Assembly: GCA_003140295.1 (NCBI GenBank)
Contig: PLJR01000171.1
Coordinates: 1-42,571, forward strand
DNA: 42,571 bases
Reading direction: 5' to 3'
Source: Acidobacteriota bacterium
GTDB lineage: Bacteria > Acidobacteriota > Terriglobia > Acidiferrales > UBA7541
Shown here: positions 28,736 to 36,770 of the stretch, one piece after another
Position numbering within the stretch: position 1 is the stretch's first letter
Layout of the letters: the number at the start of each line of letters is the position of its first letter
Translations under genes and position numbers: made by a program
Notes under the pieces: model-generated
What the model was told of the DNA's origin: nothing
The model's database searches: none
What the model saw: the letters and a program-made list of their open reading frames with translations, nothing else

Positions 28736-29049
28736 CAGCGCACCCCCGCAAAGAGCGGCATCGCTTCCGCATGAAGTTCGCGCGTGCGCTGTTCGTAAGT
28801 TGGGATTTCACGGGGGGCTTGCGGTTCCGTGTGAAGCACGAAGCGAAAGACACTGTCGCCCTCCCGCCGCGTCTCGACTGCAAAACCCTGCTTGCGTAGC
28901 TCCCAGATGCGGGCGCCGTAGCGAAAGCAGACCGTATTCAGTTCGAGATTTGTGACGCCGGCGCGGCCGCGCTCTCGGAGCAATGCTAGGATGCGGTCTC
29001 GCTGAGCGGGCGATTTGTCGGTGGGTCCACGTGACGTTTCGGATTTCAC
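28735..29049 (-). CDS. winged helix-turn-helix protein (HTH_39-like)
   Basis: QRDRILALLRERGRAGVTNLELNTVCFRYGARIWELRKQGFAVETRREGDSVFRFVL. This is the pattern of small phage/plasmid wHTH proteins. Confidence 0.7.
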   Translation of the reverse strand: MKSETSRGPTDKSPAQRDRILALLRERGRAGVTNLELNTVCFRYGARIWELRKQGFAVETRREGDSVFRFVLHTEPQAPREIPTYEQRTRELHAEAMPLFAGVR

Positions 29050-29231
29050 GGGCGGGCCTCCAGGGTTCCGGCCTGCACCGGCTCATCGGTGAACGGCATC
29101 AAGTCGAGAATTTCCTCACGCTGCAGCAAAACGCCGCGACGAAGTTTGCGAAAAAGCAGGTTGAAATGGGCTTGCAGGAAGAGGCGTTTCTGTTCTGTCG
29201 TTGCTTTCACACTATCAGTATTCCAGGCGGT

Positions 29232-29304
29232 GCAACGCCATAACCCCAGGTTGTGGCGTTGCGGCGTGGCGCGGTCGCCGCCACAACCGGGGGTTGTGGC
29301 GGCG
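29232..29304. promoter_or_regulatory. two related palindromes sharing the core GCCA(C/T)AACC-N3-GGTTGTGGC, centres 43 bp apart
   Basis: 29232-29262: GCAACGCCATAACC-cca-GGTTGTGGCGTTGC, with one T:G position. 29276-29304: CGCCGCCACAACC-ggg-GGTTGTGGCGGCG, perfect. Both lie in the intergenic region between the 535-aa gene and the wHTH gene. Confidence 0.6.
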
Positions 29305-29343
29305 AATCGACCGATCTACTGAGGGGGAATGGAACTAACGGTG

Positions 29344-30951
29344 CTAGGCCACTCCCTTTCGACTTTTGGTGATCACTCGTTCGATGGTGCGGATTGAGCC
29401 GCCGTGCTCTTCGATGAGCCAGCCCTTAACGCGTTCGGCAAGGGGCATCATATGGCGTCTGCCGGCTCTGAACTCGTCGCACACCTTGACGATTTCCCGG
29501 TGAAGCTTCGGCCACAACAGGAATGCCTTAAGATTCCCTCGACCGTGCTGCTCACACATCCATTCTCCCACTGACGCGATTGTCGGCTTCGCATCCACCT
29601 TCGCAGTCCATTCGAGTAGCAAGCGGCAGTCCGACATTAATTCCTCGTACTCACGCGGAATCGTGATCTTTTCACTTGGTAGATAGACTTCAGGGTGGCC
29701 ACCTTCTCGACTTGCACCGAGTCGTTTCCATTCGGCCCTCAATAACGGCTCGGCATTTTGAACCAAGGTGCTGGCTAGTTTGTAGGAAAGTAGATAATTC
29801 GTTTGCCTACGGTTCTCACGTAACGCCAATTCGCCCCTTGCGTCCTTCACTTTCACAATTCTCAGCGGACCGCCGTTCTGCACGAGAAACTCCCTAATCC
29901 GATGGATGCCCACCCTCAGACGCCCAGCCAATTCTGTCAGCGCAGCATCTCTCGACCGAAACAGGCTCTTCCCATGTTGGAGCCCGGCAGCCCACCTTCG
30001 GAGATCTGCAGCCCTAAAGAGAACACTTCCTCCGCGCTTGAAATGCGGAATTGGCGAATTTGCTCTGTCGCGAACACGGTCATACACCCACATTACCGGA
30101 ACGCCGAGGAGCTGCGCCGCTGTCTTGGGAACAAGTTCCTCCTGCTGGCCGTCCGCCAACATCGCATCTGCTGCCCAAGCCTTGCCGCCCCAGACAATCT
30201 TCATGTCCTCCCAGTGAGCGCGCAGGCGCTCTTCCGTGACAGCTTGACCGCGATCAATCAGGCACGGTTTTCCAGGTGGCAGGCCGACCGTCCGCCAGCG
30301 AGCGACCACGGCAGAGGCACTGATGGAGATGCCGTACTTCTTCGTCACTGAGACAGCAACGTCCCTTGCCTCTTCGCCGCGAAGGCGCGGCTCAACAACC
30401 GCCCAGTTCGGGATGCTTCGGCCCACCCGGTCCTTTTTTCGGAAATTGGGTCGTGGTTTCCCCTTAAGCGCCCTTGAAATATTCTGTTTTGCCTGTTGGC
30501 TGACACCCCATTGCTTCCTCGCGTTAACTCCTTTTTGTGGCTCCGGTCCCTGCTTCTGGCCGAACCTGGTCTGGAGGGGTGGCCGCCAGCGCGAGGCATT
30601 TTTCTCCTTCGCCATAGCGTTGCAAAAATTTAGAGACGCAAGCGGAGTGTTCTTATTCAGATTGTATTGGCGTCGGAAATTCTCTCCAGTTACACCGGGG
30701 TGCTCGGTGCGGAAGTGATCAGGCAATCTCTTGAACGCTCGCGGAGGGTTGCAAAGGAAGCAGGCCACGTGATCTGGGTATTTCTGACGTGCAGCTGTCC
30801 AATCCTTTTCCCAATCGGCGATCTCCTGTGCTAGGAGCACTTGGCCCGTTTTTCTGTGCGTGGTGTAGTAACTGTGAAGATAGGCCCGCTTGTCTGGCGT
30901 GGTGGCTCGCGGCCTTCCCAATTCGTTCTGTGTCTGAACTTCCATCAACAA
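29344..30951 (-). CDS. 535-aa multidomain DNA-binding protein: N-terminal MucR/Ros-type zinc finger, basic NUMOD3-like stretch, excisionase-type HTH
   Basis: [35 protein letters not shown] parallels Ros [50 protein letters not shown] is the basic stretch. [44 protein letters not shown] is the HTH. Confidence 0.7.
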   Translation of the reverse strand: [535 protein letters not shown]

Positions 30952-31101
30952 TTCCTTCCCGCCCGGTTGGCGCCGGGGCTTTCTTGATCGCCCGATTGGT
31001 TTCTTCCGCGGCTATTCTCCGAGCTTGGCCGACCTCGGGTTTGAAAGAGGAACTTCACTGCGTGCGCCCCGTCCGCCGGGGGCCTTTCGACCCCGGGGCG
31101 A

Positions 31102-31512
31102 TCACCTCCCAACAAAGCCACGGTCCGCCTCTCTCGCATGCCTTAACGTTGGCTCGATGTCTTTCCCGCTGAGTTTGTCGCGGGCGATGTAAACCACAGA
31201 GTTGGAGCGGATGAAGGTATTCGCGGGATCAGAGTAAAGATTCGTCATCACGTCCCGAATGGCATCTGCGCTGTAGAACGTGAACGTCTGGAGTCGAAGA
31301 GCCTCCCGGCGCTCCGGCGGGAGATCGTTCGAGAGCACCGAATACGTATTGCTTTGGCCATCGACGAATCCCTGGAGATAGATGGAACGGGACACGTTCG
31401 ACCACGCGTTCCACTGGCGACCGTAATTAAAGAGTTCATCCTGCGTCCAAGTCTTAATAGCAACGAGAAGAAACAATGTCACGACTGCGAACGATAGCCA
31501 GCGTCTAAGCAT
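31102..31512 (-). CDS. hypothetical 136-aa protein with N-terminal membrane anchor or signal
   Basis: MLRRWLSFAVVTLFLLVAIKTW, then a soluble domain. It is the first gene downstream of the leftward promoter. Confidence 0.55.
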   Translation of the reverse strand: MLRRWLSFAVVTLFLLVAIKTWTQDELFNYGRQWNAWSNVSRSIYLQGFVDGQSNTYSVLSNDLPPERREALRLQTFTFYSADAIRDVMTNLYSDPANTFIRSNSVVYIARDKLSGKDIEPTLRHAREADRGFVGR

Positions 31513-31572
31513 CAGCTTCTTCCTTTCTTGTGTCTCGGTACTGCCTAACGCCCATCCTCGCCAATTCCTGTG

Positions 31573-31616
31573 ACTCTAACGAATGTGTTGACACGTGTCA
31601 AGACCTGTAGTACAAG
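31573..31616. promoter_or_regulatory. divergent promoter pair sharing a 14-bp perfect palindrome TTGACACGTGTCAA (31588-31601)
   Basis: Minus strand: TTGACA (31601-31596), 17 nt, TAGAGT (31578-31573), facing the 136-aa gene. Plus strand: TTGACA (31588-31593), 17 nt, TACAAG (weaker), facing the HTH gene. Confidence 0.55.
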
Positions 31617-31626
31617 TAAGAAGGCC

Positions 31627-31839
31627 GTGAGCGCAAAAACTTATACGACGCAGAAAGCCGCGGACGCGGTAGGGATCACGCGTGCGACGTTGCAGGCGTG
31701 GATCAAGAATGGGAAGTTCAAAGCGCCCACGACGAAGGTGCGGAACGGACGCGCCGTGAGGGTATGGACTGAATCAGACCTTGCAAAACTCAAAGCAGTG
31801 AAGAAGGAAATCTATCAGGAGAAGCGGCCCCGCAGATAA
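31627..31839 (+). CDS. MerR/excisionase-type HTH protein (regulator or RDF)
   Basis: YTTQKAADAVGITRATLQAWIKNGKFKAPTTKVRNGRAVRVWTESDLAKL. The GTG at 31627 is preferred because the ORF-track start at 31570 lies upstream of the predicted promoter. Confidence 0.65.
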   Translation: MSAKTYTTQKAADAVGITRATLQAWIKNGKFKAPTTKVRNGRAVRVWTESDLAKLKAVKKEIYQEKRPRR

Positions 31840-31906
31840 AGACGGGACGCGCCGGTGTTAGAAGCACCGACACGCCCCTAACCACAGCGTTCAATGGAGG
31901 AACGAC

Positions 31907-32272
31907 ATGGCTACACAAAGAGTACCCGCACTTCAATTCCCGTCGCAACATTCCACGCAAGCAATCCCGCAACCGGAAATCATCTCCCAAAACGAAGTCG
32001 CCATTTTGTTGTCGATGCGTGGCCGGCTTCATCAACTCGCCGATCAAGTCGAGGCGACCGAGAAATCGCTGCGCGCGCGCCTGGAAATGGGCGCACCCGT
32101 GGAGGAAGGCGATCACGTCGCCCAACTCAATGAGCATTTCCGCGCGAGTGTCGCATGGAAGGAAAAGGCCATCGATCTGGCCGAGCGCTTGGGCCTGAAC
32201 GGCCCGGCCTGGGCGCAGAACGTCCTGACGCACACGACCAAAAACCGCATCGTTTCACTGTTTGTCGAATAA
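31907..32272 (+). CDS. hypothetical 121-aa protein
   Basis: GGAGGA 5 nt upstream of the ATG; co-directional with its neighbours. No motif recognised. Confidence 0.5.
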   Translation: MATQRVPALQFPSQHSTQAIPQPEIISQNEVAILLSMRGRLHQLADQVEATEKSLRARLEMGAPVEEGDHVAQLNEHFRASVAWKEKAIDLAERLGLNGPAWAQNVLTHTTKNRIVSLFVE

Positions 32273-32379
32273 CTCCGAAACGCGCGGGTGGGCCGATCAG
32301 GTTTGCCCGCGCGTCCGCCCGTCATTTACGCCCAGGCCTGCGGGTGCCGATGAGGCTGGCCGGGCTTTGAGGTGTCGCC

Positions 32380-33462
32380 GTGCCACGAAAGAAAGCTCGT
32401 CTGAAGTTGGAACCAGAAGTCCCGATAACCGACCAGCACTTTGAGTTTCCGGATTCCGATAAAGAATGGATGGCCCTGCAGCACCACATTATCGAACTCA
32501 CTGGCAAGCCGATCGAGGATCTCCAGTGGCGCGAACTTAATGGCCTTCGCCAAGCCCTGACAGAGTCGGAGCAGCTAGCTTTGCGCGGGTACCAACGACG
32601 CAAGCGACTCGAAACGAGCAAAGCCTTCGACGGAATTCAAAGTTTCACGGACTGGAAAGAAAAGCATTGCGATCTGACGCTGGAGGACATCGTCGACTTC
32701 TACGACACGGCAAGAGCGGTAACAATTCGCGTAATCGGGGCGGAAAGCATTCCGGACTACCTGCCCGTCCTACAGAAGATTGAGCAGGAACTCTTTGCCG
32801 AAATGAATAAGACCCCGGGTCTCATTGCTGAAAAGGACGATTCTCAGGAAGACTGGCCCATTGGTACCAAGCTCATACGAAATTTGTGCCGACTTCTTCC
32901 GACGGAAGAAAACAACGAGAAGCTTTGGGATTGGTACAACAAATTGAAAGCCAAGCGAGAGGAATTGCTACAAAAAGCCAAGGACGCGCAATTGACGGCA
33001 CCGCCCACGCCTGCGGCTCCAGGGAACGGGCGCAAACCCGACATGTGGTTTGAAGAACTCCATAAGCGCAGTCGGGACTTTGAGCGCGTGTGCAGGATCG
33101 GCATTGAGCGCGGTGTAATTGCCCAACGCGGACCATATCTCTATTTCAACGGAAAATTGCTCGGAAATGGTCTAGACGGCGCAGCATGGAAAATCGTGCG
33201 CGAGAATTATGAATTAGAGGCGGAGGTACGTCTTGCTGTAAGGGCGGCTGAGGCAAGCCCGGCACTAACAATTGCCCCCGCCACGGTCGAGGAAGCGCTT
33301 GCGTCCGGTTGGCAATATGCGCGAACGCGAGGGAAGGCCCTGACATTTGATCGCCGAAGCCTTCGCGGGTTTGTTGAACTGACCAAGGAAGGCACACCGG
33401 GAATCCTCGAAATCCCGTTCGTTGCCACGGTTAAGCACAATGCACCTCGTCGGCGGTCGTGA
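32380..33462 (+). CDS. hypothetical 360-aa protein with a RecA-C-terminal-domain-like tail
   Basis: IGIERGVIAQRGPYLYFNGKLLGNGLDGAAWKIVRENYELEAEVRLAVR aligns by eye with E. coli RecA [48 protein letters not shown]. No Walker motifs are visible. Confidence 0.55.
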   Translation: MPRKKARLKLEPEVPITDQHFEFPDSDKEWMALQHHIIELTGKPIEDLQWRELNGLRQALTESEQLALRGYQRRKRLETSKAFDGIQSFTDWKEKHCDLTLEDIVDFYDTARAVTIRVIGAESIPDYLPVLQKIEQELFAEMNKTPGLIAEKDDSQEDWPIGTKLIRNLCRLLPTEENNEKLWDWYNKLKAKREELLQKAKDAQLTAPPTPAAPGNGRKPDMWFEELHKRSRDFERVCRIGIERGVIAQRGPYLYFNGKLLGNGLDGAAWKIVRENYELEAEVRLAVRAAEASPALTIAPATVEEALASGWQYARTRGKALTFDRRSLRGFVELTKEGTPGILEIPFVATVKHNAPRRRS

Positions 33463-33463
33463 A

Positions 33464-34483
33464 ATGAAGATCAGTCAGGACCTACATTGCACGCGGCAGA
33501 TTCGTCGCATAGACGAGCGAGTCTGCCGCCGCAGTGTGTTCTGGATTCTTGATCTCGATAAATTGGACGCTGCGGCTAATGGTTACGCAGCAACCCTGCG
33601 AGCCACAATCCGACAGGACGTGCGCGGCGCTTCTATTCTCCCAGAACTGCTTTTCGACGAAATCGCTGCGGACGCCCTTGAGTATTCACGCGTCAACAAA
33701 GCCCCTAAGTCCCACCGGGCCGACTGCTATTTAATGGGAATCATTCTGGACTGGTTTGGCGGCCGGCCCGCCTTGGAGGTGACCTCGCAGGATATTGCCG
33801 ACAGACTCGCGGAACTGGCAGGCGATGGCCGGAAGCCCGCAACCTGCCAGCAGTACCGCTCGCTCCTGAGTGCCACGTTCTCGCGGGCAATGCAGAGCGG
33901 AAAGTTGGAAAACAATCCCGTGCGTGACGTGGCACTCCAGGGCGCGATTAGCGGGCGTATCCGTTTTCTAAAACCAGACGAAGAAGCCAAGCTGCGCGCC
34001 AAAATCCGCGAGACGGCGCCCTCCCGGGAGTCTGAATTTGATCTGGCCCTCCAAACGGGTATGCGGCGCGGCGAACAGTATTCGCTTACCTGGGGCGACG
34101 TGGACCTCGATCTCGGCGTGCTTCAGATCCCGCATAGCAAGAATGGCGCGCCGCGCCGGGTCTTCCTGAATAGTACGGCACGCGCCGCCGTCGAGCGGCT
34201 ACTTGAACTCAACGACCGCACTGATCTGGTGTGCCCAGCTCCGGGCCGATGGTTTGAGCGCGCCGTGCAGCTTGCGGGCATTCCGGATTTCCGCTGGCAC
34301 GATTTAAGGCATACGTTCGCTTCACGATTGGTCATGGCCGGGGTTGACCTTCGAAGCGTTCAGGAACTCCTCGGTCACAAGTCTTTCGCGATTACGCTGC
34401 GATACGTGCACCTTGCGCAGAATCATCTTCACGGGGCCGTGGAGCAGCTTTGCAGGATGGACAAATCCGAAACGCCGGCGTGA
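33464..34483 (+). CDS. tyrosine recombinase (Int2), lacking the arm-type N-terminus of Int3
   Basis: TGMRRGEQ, WHDLRHTFASRLVMAG, LLGHKSFAITLRYVH. ATG 33464 lies 1 nt after the upstream stop. Confidence 0.85.
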   Translation: MKISQDLHCTRQIRRIDERVCRRSVFWILDLDKLDAAANGYAATLRATIRQDVRGASILPELLFDEIAADALEYSRVNKAPKSHRADCYLMGIILDWFGGRPALEVTSQDIADRLAELAGDGRKPATCQQYRSLLSATFSRAMQSGKLENNPVRDVALQGAISGRIRFLKPDEEAKLRAKIRETAPSRESEFDLALQTGMRRGEQYSLTWGDVDLDLGVLQIPHSKNGAPRRVFLNSTARAAVERLLELNDRTDLVCPAPGRWFERAVQLAGIPDFRWHDLRHTFASRLVMAGVDLRSVQELLGHKSFAITLRYVHLAQNHLHGAVEQLCRMDKSETPA

Positions 34484-34563
34484 TTCGCACTGCGCCGGCG
34501 TCTGCCGCATTTCGCGCCTCGCCGCGGCACCGATGAGGAACGCGAGCGCTTGGGGAGGATTAG

Positions 34564-34887
34564 ATGGCTAAACTGCATGTCGCAAGCGATCAAGAGAAGT
34601 GCCACGAAACCGATTTGCTGGAGATCGCCATTAGTGGAGCGGGTTTGCACGCTGCTCCCGGCTTGTCATTCGTCGCAGGCGCCCGCGTGGTCATCCGCGG
34701 CATTGCTGATCAAATTCAGGTCTTAACCAGCATCGGAAGTGACAACTTGGATGGAAATATCGCCAATGGATTCGCTCACGCGCTCCTCCAAGTGGATCGG
34801 GAACTTGAGAGGGCGATGGAATGGCCAAAGCGTGCGGGGGTTAACCCATCGACCCCAGCGACCCCAAGGAGAGCAGGCGCGCATTGA
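34564..34887 (+). CDS. hypothetical 107-aa protein coupled to Int3
   Basis: GGAGGA 5 nt upstream of the ATG. Its stop TGA (34885-34887) overlaps the Int3 ATG (34887). Confidence 0.5.
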   Translation: MAKLHVASDQEKCHETDLLEIAISGAGLHAAPGLSFVAGARVVIRGIADQIQVLTSIGSDNLDGNIANGFAHALLQVDRELERAMEWPKRAGVNPSTPATPRRAGAH

Positions 34888-36026
34888 TGGTGGAACCCAT
34901 GGACAACAGCACCCGCCCCGGGCCCGCGAAGGTTCGGGGCGTCTACGAGCACCCGAAGGGCTCGGGCGTTTGGTGGATATGCTACTTCGAAAATGGGCGC
35001 CGGCATCGCGAGAAAGTCGGCGCCCGCCAACTCGCGATCAGTGCCTACGCCAAGAGAAAGATCGACATCCGCGAACACAAGTTCTTTCCTGAGCAGATTC
35101 GGCCGGTATATCTTCGGTTCGAAGAGCTTGCCGCCGACGCGCTCGAATACTGTCGCCAGTATCACGTGACCGCTGGGCACGGGCGTGACTTGCGGCAGAT
35201 GAATACCCTACTCCGATGGTTCAAGGGGCACGTAGCAACCACGATCACTCCGCAGGATATTGAGCGCAAACTCGCTGCACTGTCTGACGCGGGCCGCAAA
35301 CCTGCAACGCTAAACCGCTATCGCTCAATGCTCAGCTTGATTTTTTCTCTGGGCATGCGCAATGGCAAAGTGAAAGCCAATCCCGCACGCGAGGTGCGGC
35401 GGCGAACTGAAAACAACGAGCGGGTGCGGCACCTCGACGAAGAGGAGGAGCAAGCGCTGCGTGCAGTCATTCAGGCGCGGTTTCCCGACCGTGAAGCGGA
35501 ACTCGATTTAGCGCTCCAAACCGGGATGCGCCGCGGCGAGCAGTATCAGTTGCGCTGGCAGGACGCGAACCTGGCAAGTGGAATTATCACCATTCCCCGA
35601 AGCAAGCACGGCGGAGTGCGGCACATCCCCATCAACTCGACCGCCCGCGCTGTGCTCGAAGGCCTACGGTCGCGCACCGGTAGCCAGCTCTACGTCTGCC
35701 CAGGTCCGCAGCAGAACCGCGAGAGCACGAACAGCCGTTGGTTTGAAAAGGCTGTACGCACTGCAGGCGTCGAAGATTTCCGCTGGCACGATCTGCGGCA
35801 TACGTTTGCGAGCCGCCTCGCTATGGCAGGAGTGAATCTCCGGGCGATTCAGGAGTTGCTAGGGCACAAGTCCGTTGCGATGACGCAGCGCTACACTCAC
35901 CTCTCCGATTCGCACCTTCGTCAAGCTATCGAGCAAATCACGACTCCGCCGATGCCGGCCAGTGAGCAACCGAAGATCGCTGCGAACGTGCTCCAGTTCC
36001 GCGCCTCCGGAACCAGGACCAAGTGA
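34887..36026 (+). CDS. tyrosine recombinase / integrase (Int3), paralog of Int2
   Basis: Arm-type N-terminus VRGVYEHPKGSGVWWICYFENGRRHREKVG. Catalytic TGMRRGEQ, WHDLRHTFASRLAMAG, LLGHKSVAMTQRYTH. Confidence 0.9.
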   Translation: MVEPMDNSTRPGPAKVRGVYEHPKGSGVWWICYFENGRRHREKVGARQLAISAYAKRKIDIREHKFFPEQIRPVYLRFEELAADALEYCRQYHVTAGHGRDLRQMNTLLRWFKGHVATTITPQDIERKLAALSDAGRKPATLNRYRSMLSLIFSLGMRNGKVKANPAREVRRRTENNERVRHLDEEEEQALRAVIQARFPDREAELDLALQTGMRRGEQYQLRWQDANLASGIITIPRSKHGGVRHIPINSTARAVLEGLRSRTGSQLYVCPGPQQNRESTNSRWFEKAVRTAGVEDFRWHDLRHTFASRLAMAGVNLRAIQELLGHKSVAMTQRYTHLSDSHLRQAIEQITTPPMPASEQPKIAANVLQFRASGTRTK

Positions 36027-36673
36027 GGGCGGCGATCTACGCGCGGGTCAGCACCGCCAACAACGGCCAGGACCCGCGCGTTCAGACCCGCGAACTGCAG
36101 GAGTATTGCCAGCGCCGCGGCTGGGCGGTAGCTGGCGAGTACGTGGACATCGGGATATCGGGCACCAAGGAAAAGCGACCGGAGCTCGACCGGCTGATGA
36201 AAGAGGCGCACGGCCGCCGCTTTGACGCCGTGGTGGTGTGGCGCTTCGACCGGTTCGCGCGGTCTGTGTCGCATCTACTGCGCGCGCTGGAGACCTTCCA
36301 GGCGCTCGGCATCCAGTTCGTGAGCCTATCCGAGCAGCTCGACACGTCGACACCGACGGGCAAGATGGTCTTCACGGTCCTAGGCGCCGTGGCCGAGTTG
36401 GAGCGTAGCCTGGTCGCCGAGCGGGTGAAGGCTGGCCTGCGAAACGCCCGGGCGAAGGGACAACGACTTGGCCGGCCCCCGCGGGACCTGGACGCTGCGA
36501 AGATTGCCAAGCTGCGCGCACAGGGGCTCGCCTGGCGCGCCATCGCCGCTCAGCTAGGGGTTGGGCTTGCCACGCTGCATCGTGCGGCTGGAGGGCGTTC
36601 CAAAACTCAGGAAAGGGATTTTGGAACGCTAGGCCGTGGGGTTGCGCGTCAGTCGGGTCACGGTCCGAAGTAG
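36023..36673 (+). CDS. serine recombinase (resolvase/invertase family) with C-terminal HTH
   Basis: AAIYARVSTANNGQD (catalytic Ser), VVVWRFDRFARS, GAVAELERSLVAERVKAGL, HTH GLAWRAIAAQLGVGLATLHR. Its GTG overlaps the Int3 stop (GTGA). Confidence 0.9.
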   Translation: MRAAIYARVSTANNGQDPRVQTRELQEYCQRRGWAVAGEYVDIGISGTKEKRPELDRLMKEAHGRRFDAVVVWRFDRFARSVSHLLRALETFQALGIQFVSLSEQLDTSTPTGKMVFTVLGAVAELERSLVAERVKAGLRNARAKGQRLGRPPRDLDAAKIAKLRAQGLAWRAIAAQLGVGLATLHRAAGGRSKTQERDFGTLGRGVARQSGHGPK

Positions 36674-36770
36674 ATTATCGACGGCGCCCTGAGTATTGCA
36701 GTGCCTGAACGCCGCGATGATGCATAATGCGACCCTACCCCCGCGCGGCAGGTTGTAATGGAGTTCAGCA

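Noticed and set aside
29089-29322. The 77-aa plus-strand ORF covering the twin palindromes.
   Set aside because: The reading frame is produced by GC-rich palindromic DNA, has no SD, and runs against the surrounding operon direction. I treat the region as regulatory or RNA rather than coding.
36674-36770. A search for hix/res-like inverted repeats next to the serine recombinase that would define an invertible segment.
   Set aside because: I found no convincing dyad or matching inverted copy by eye. A computed self-dot-plot is needed, so I make no claim.
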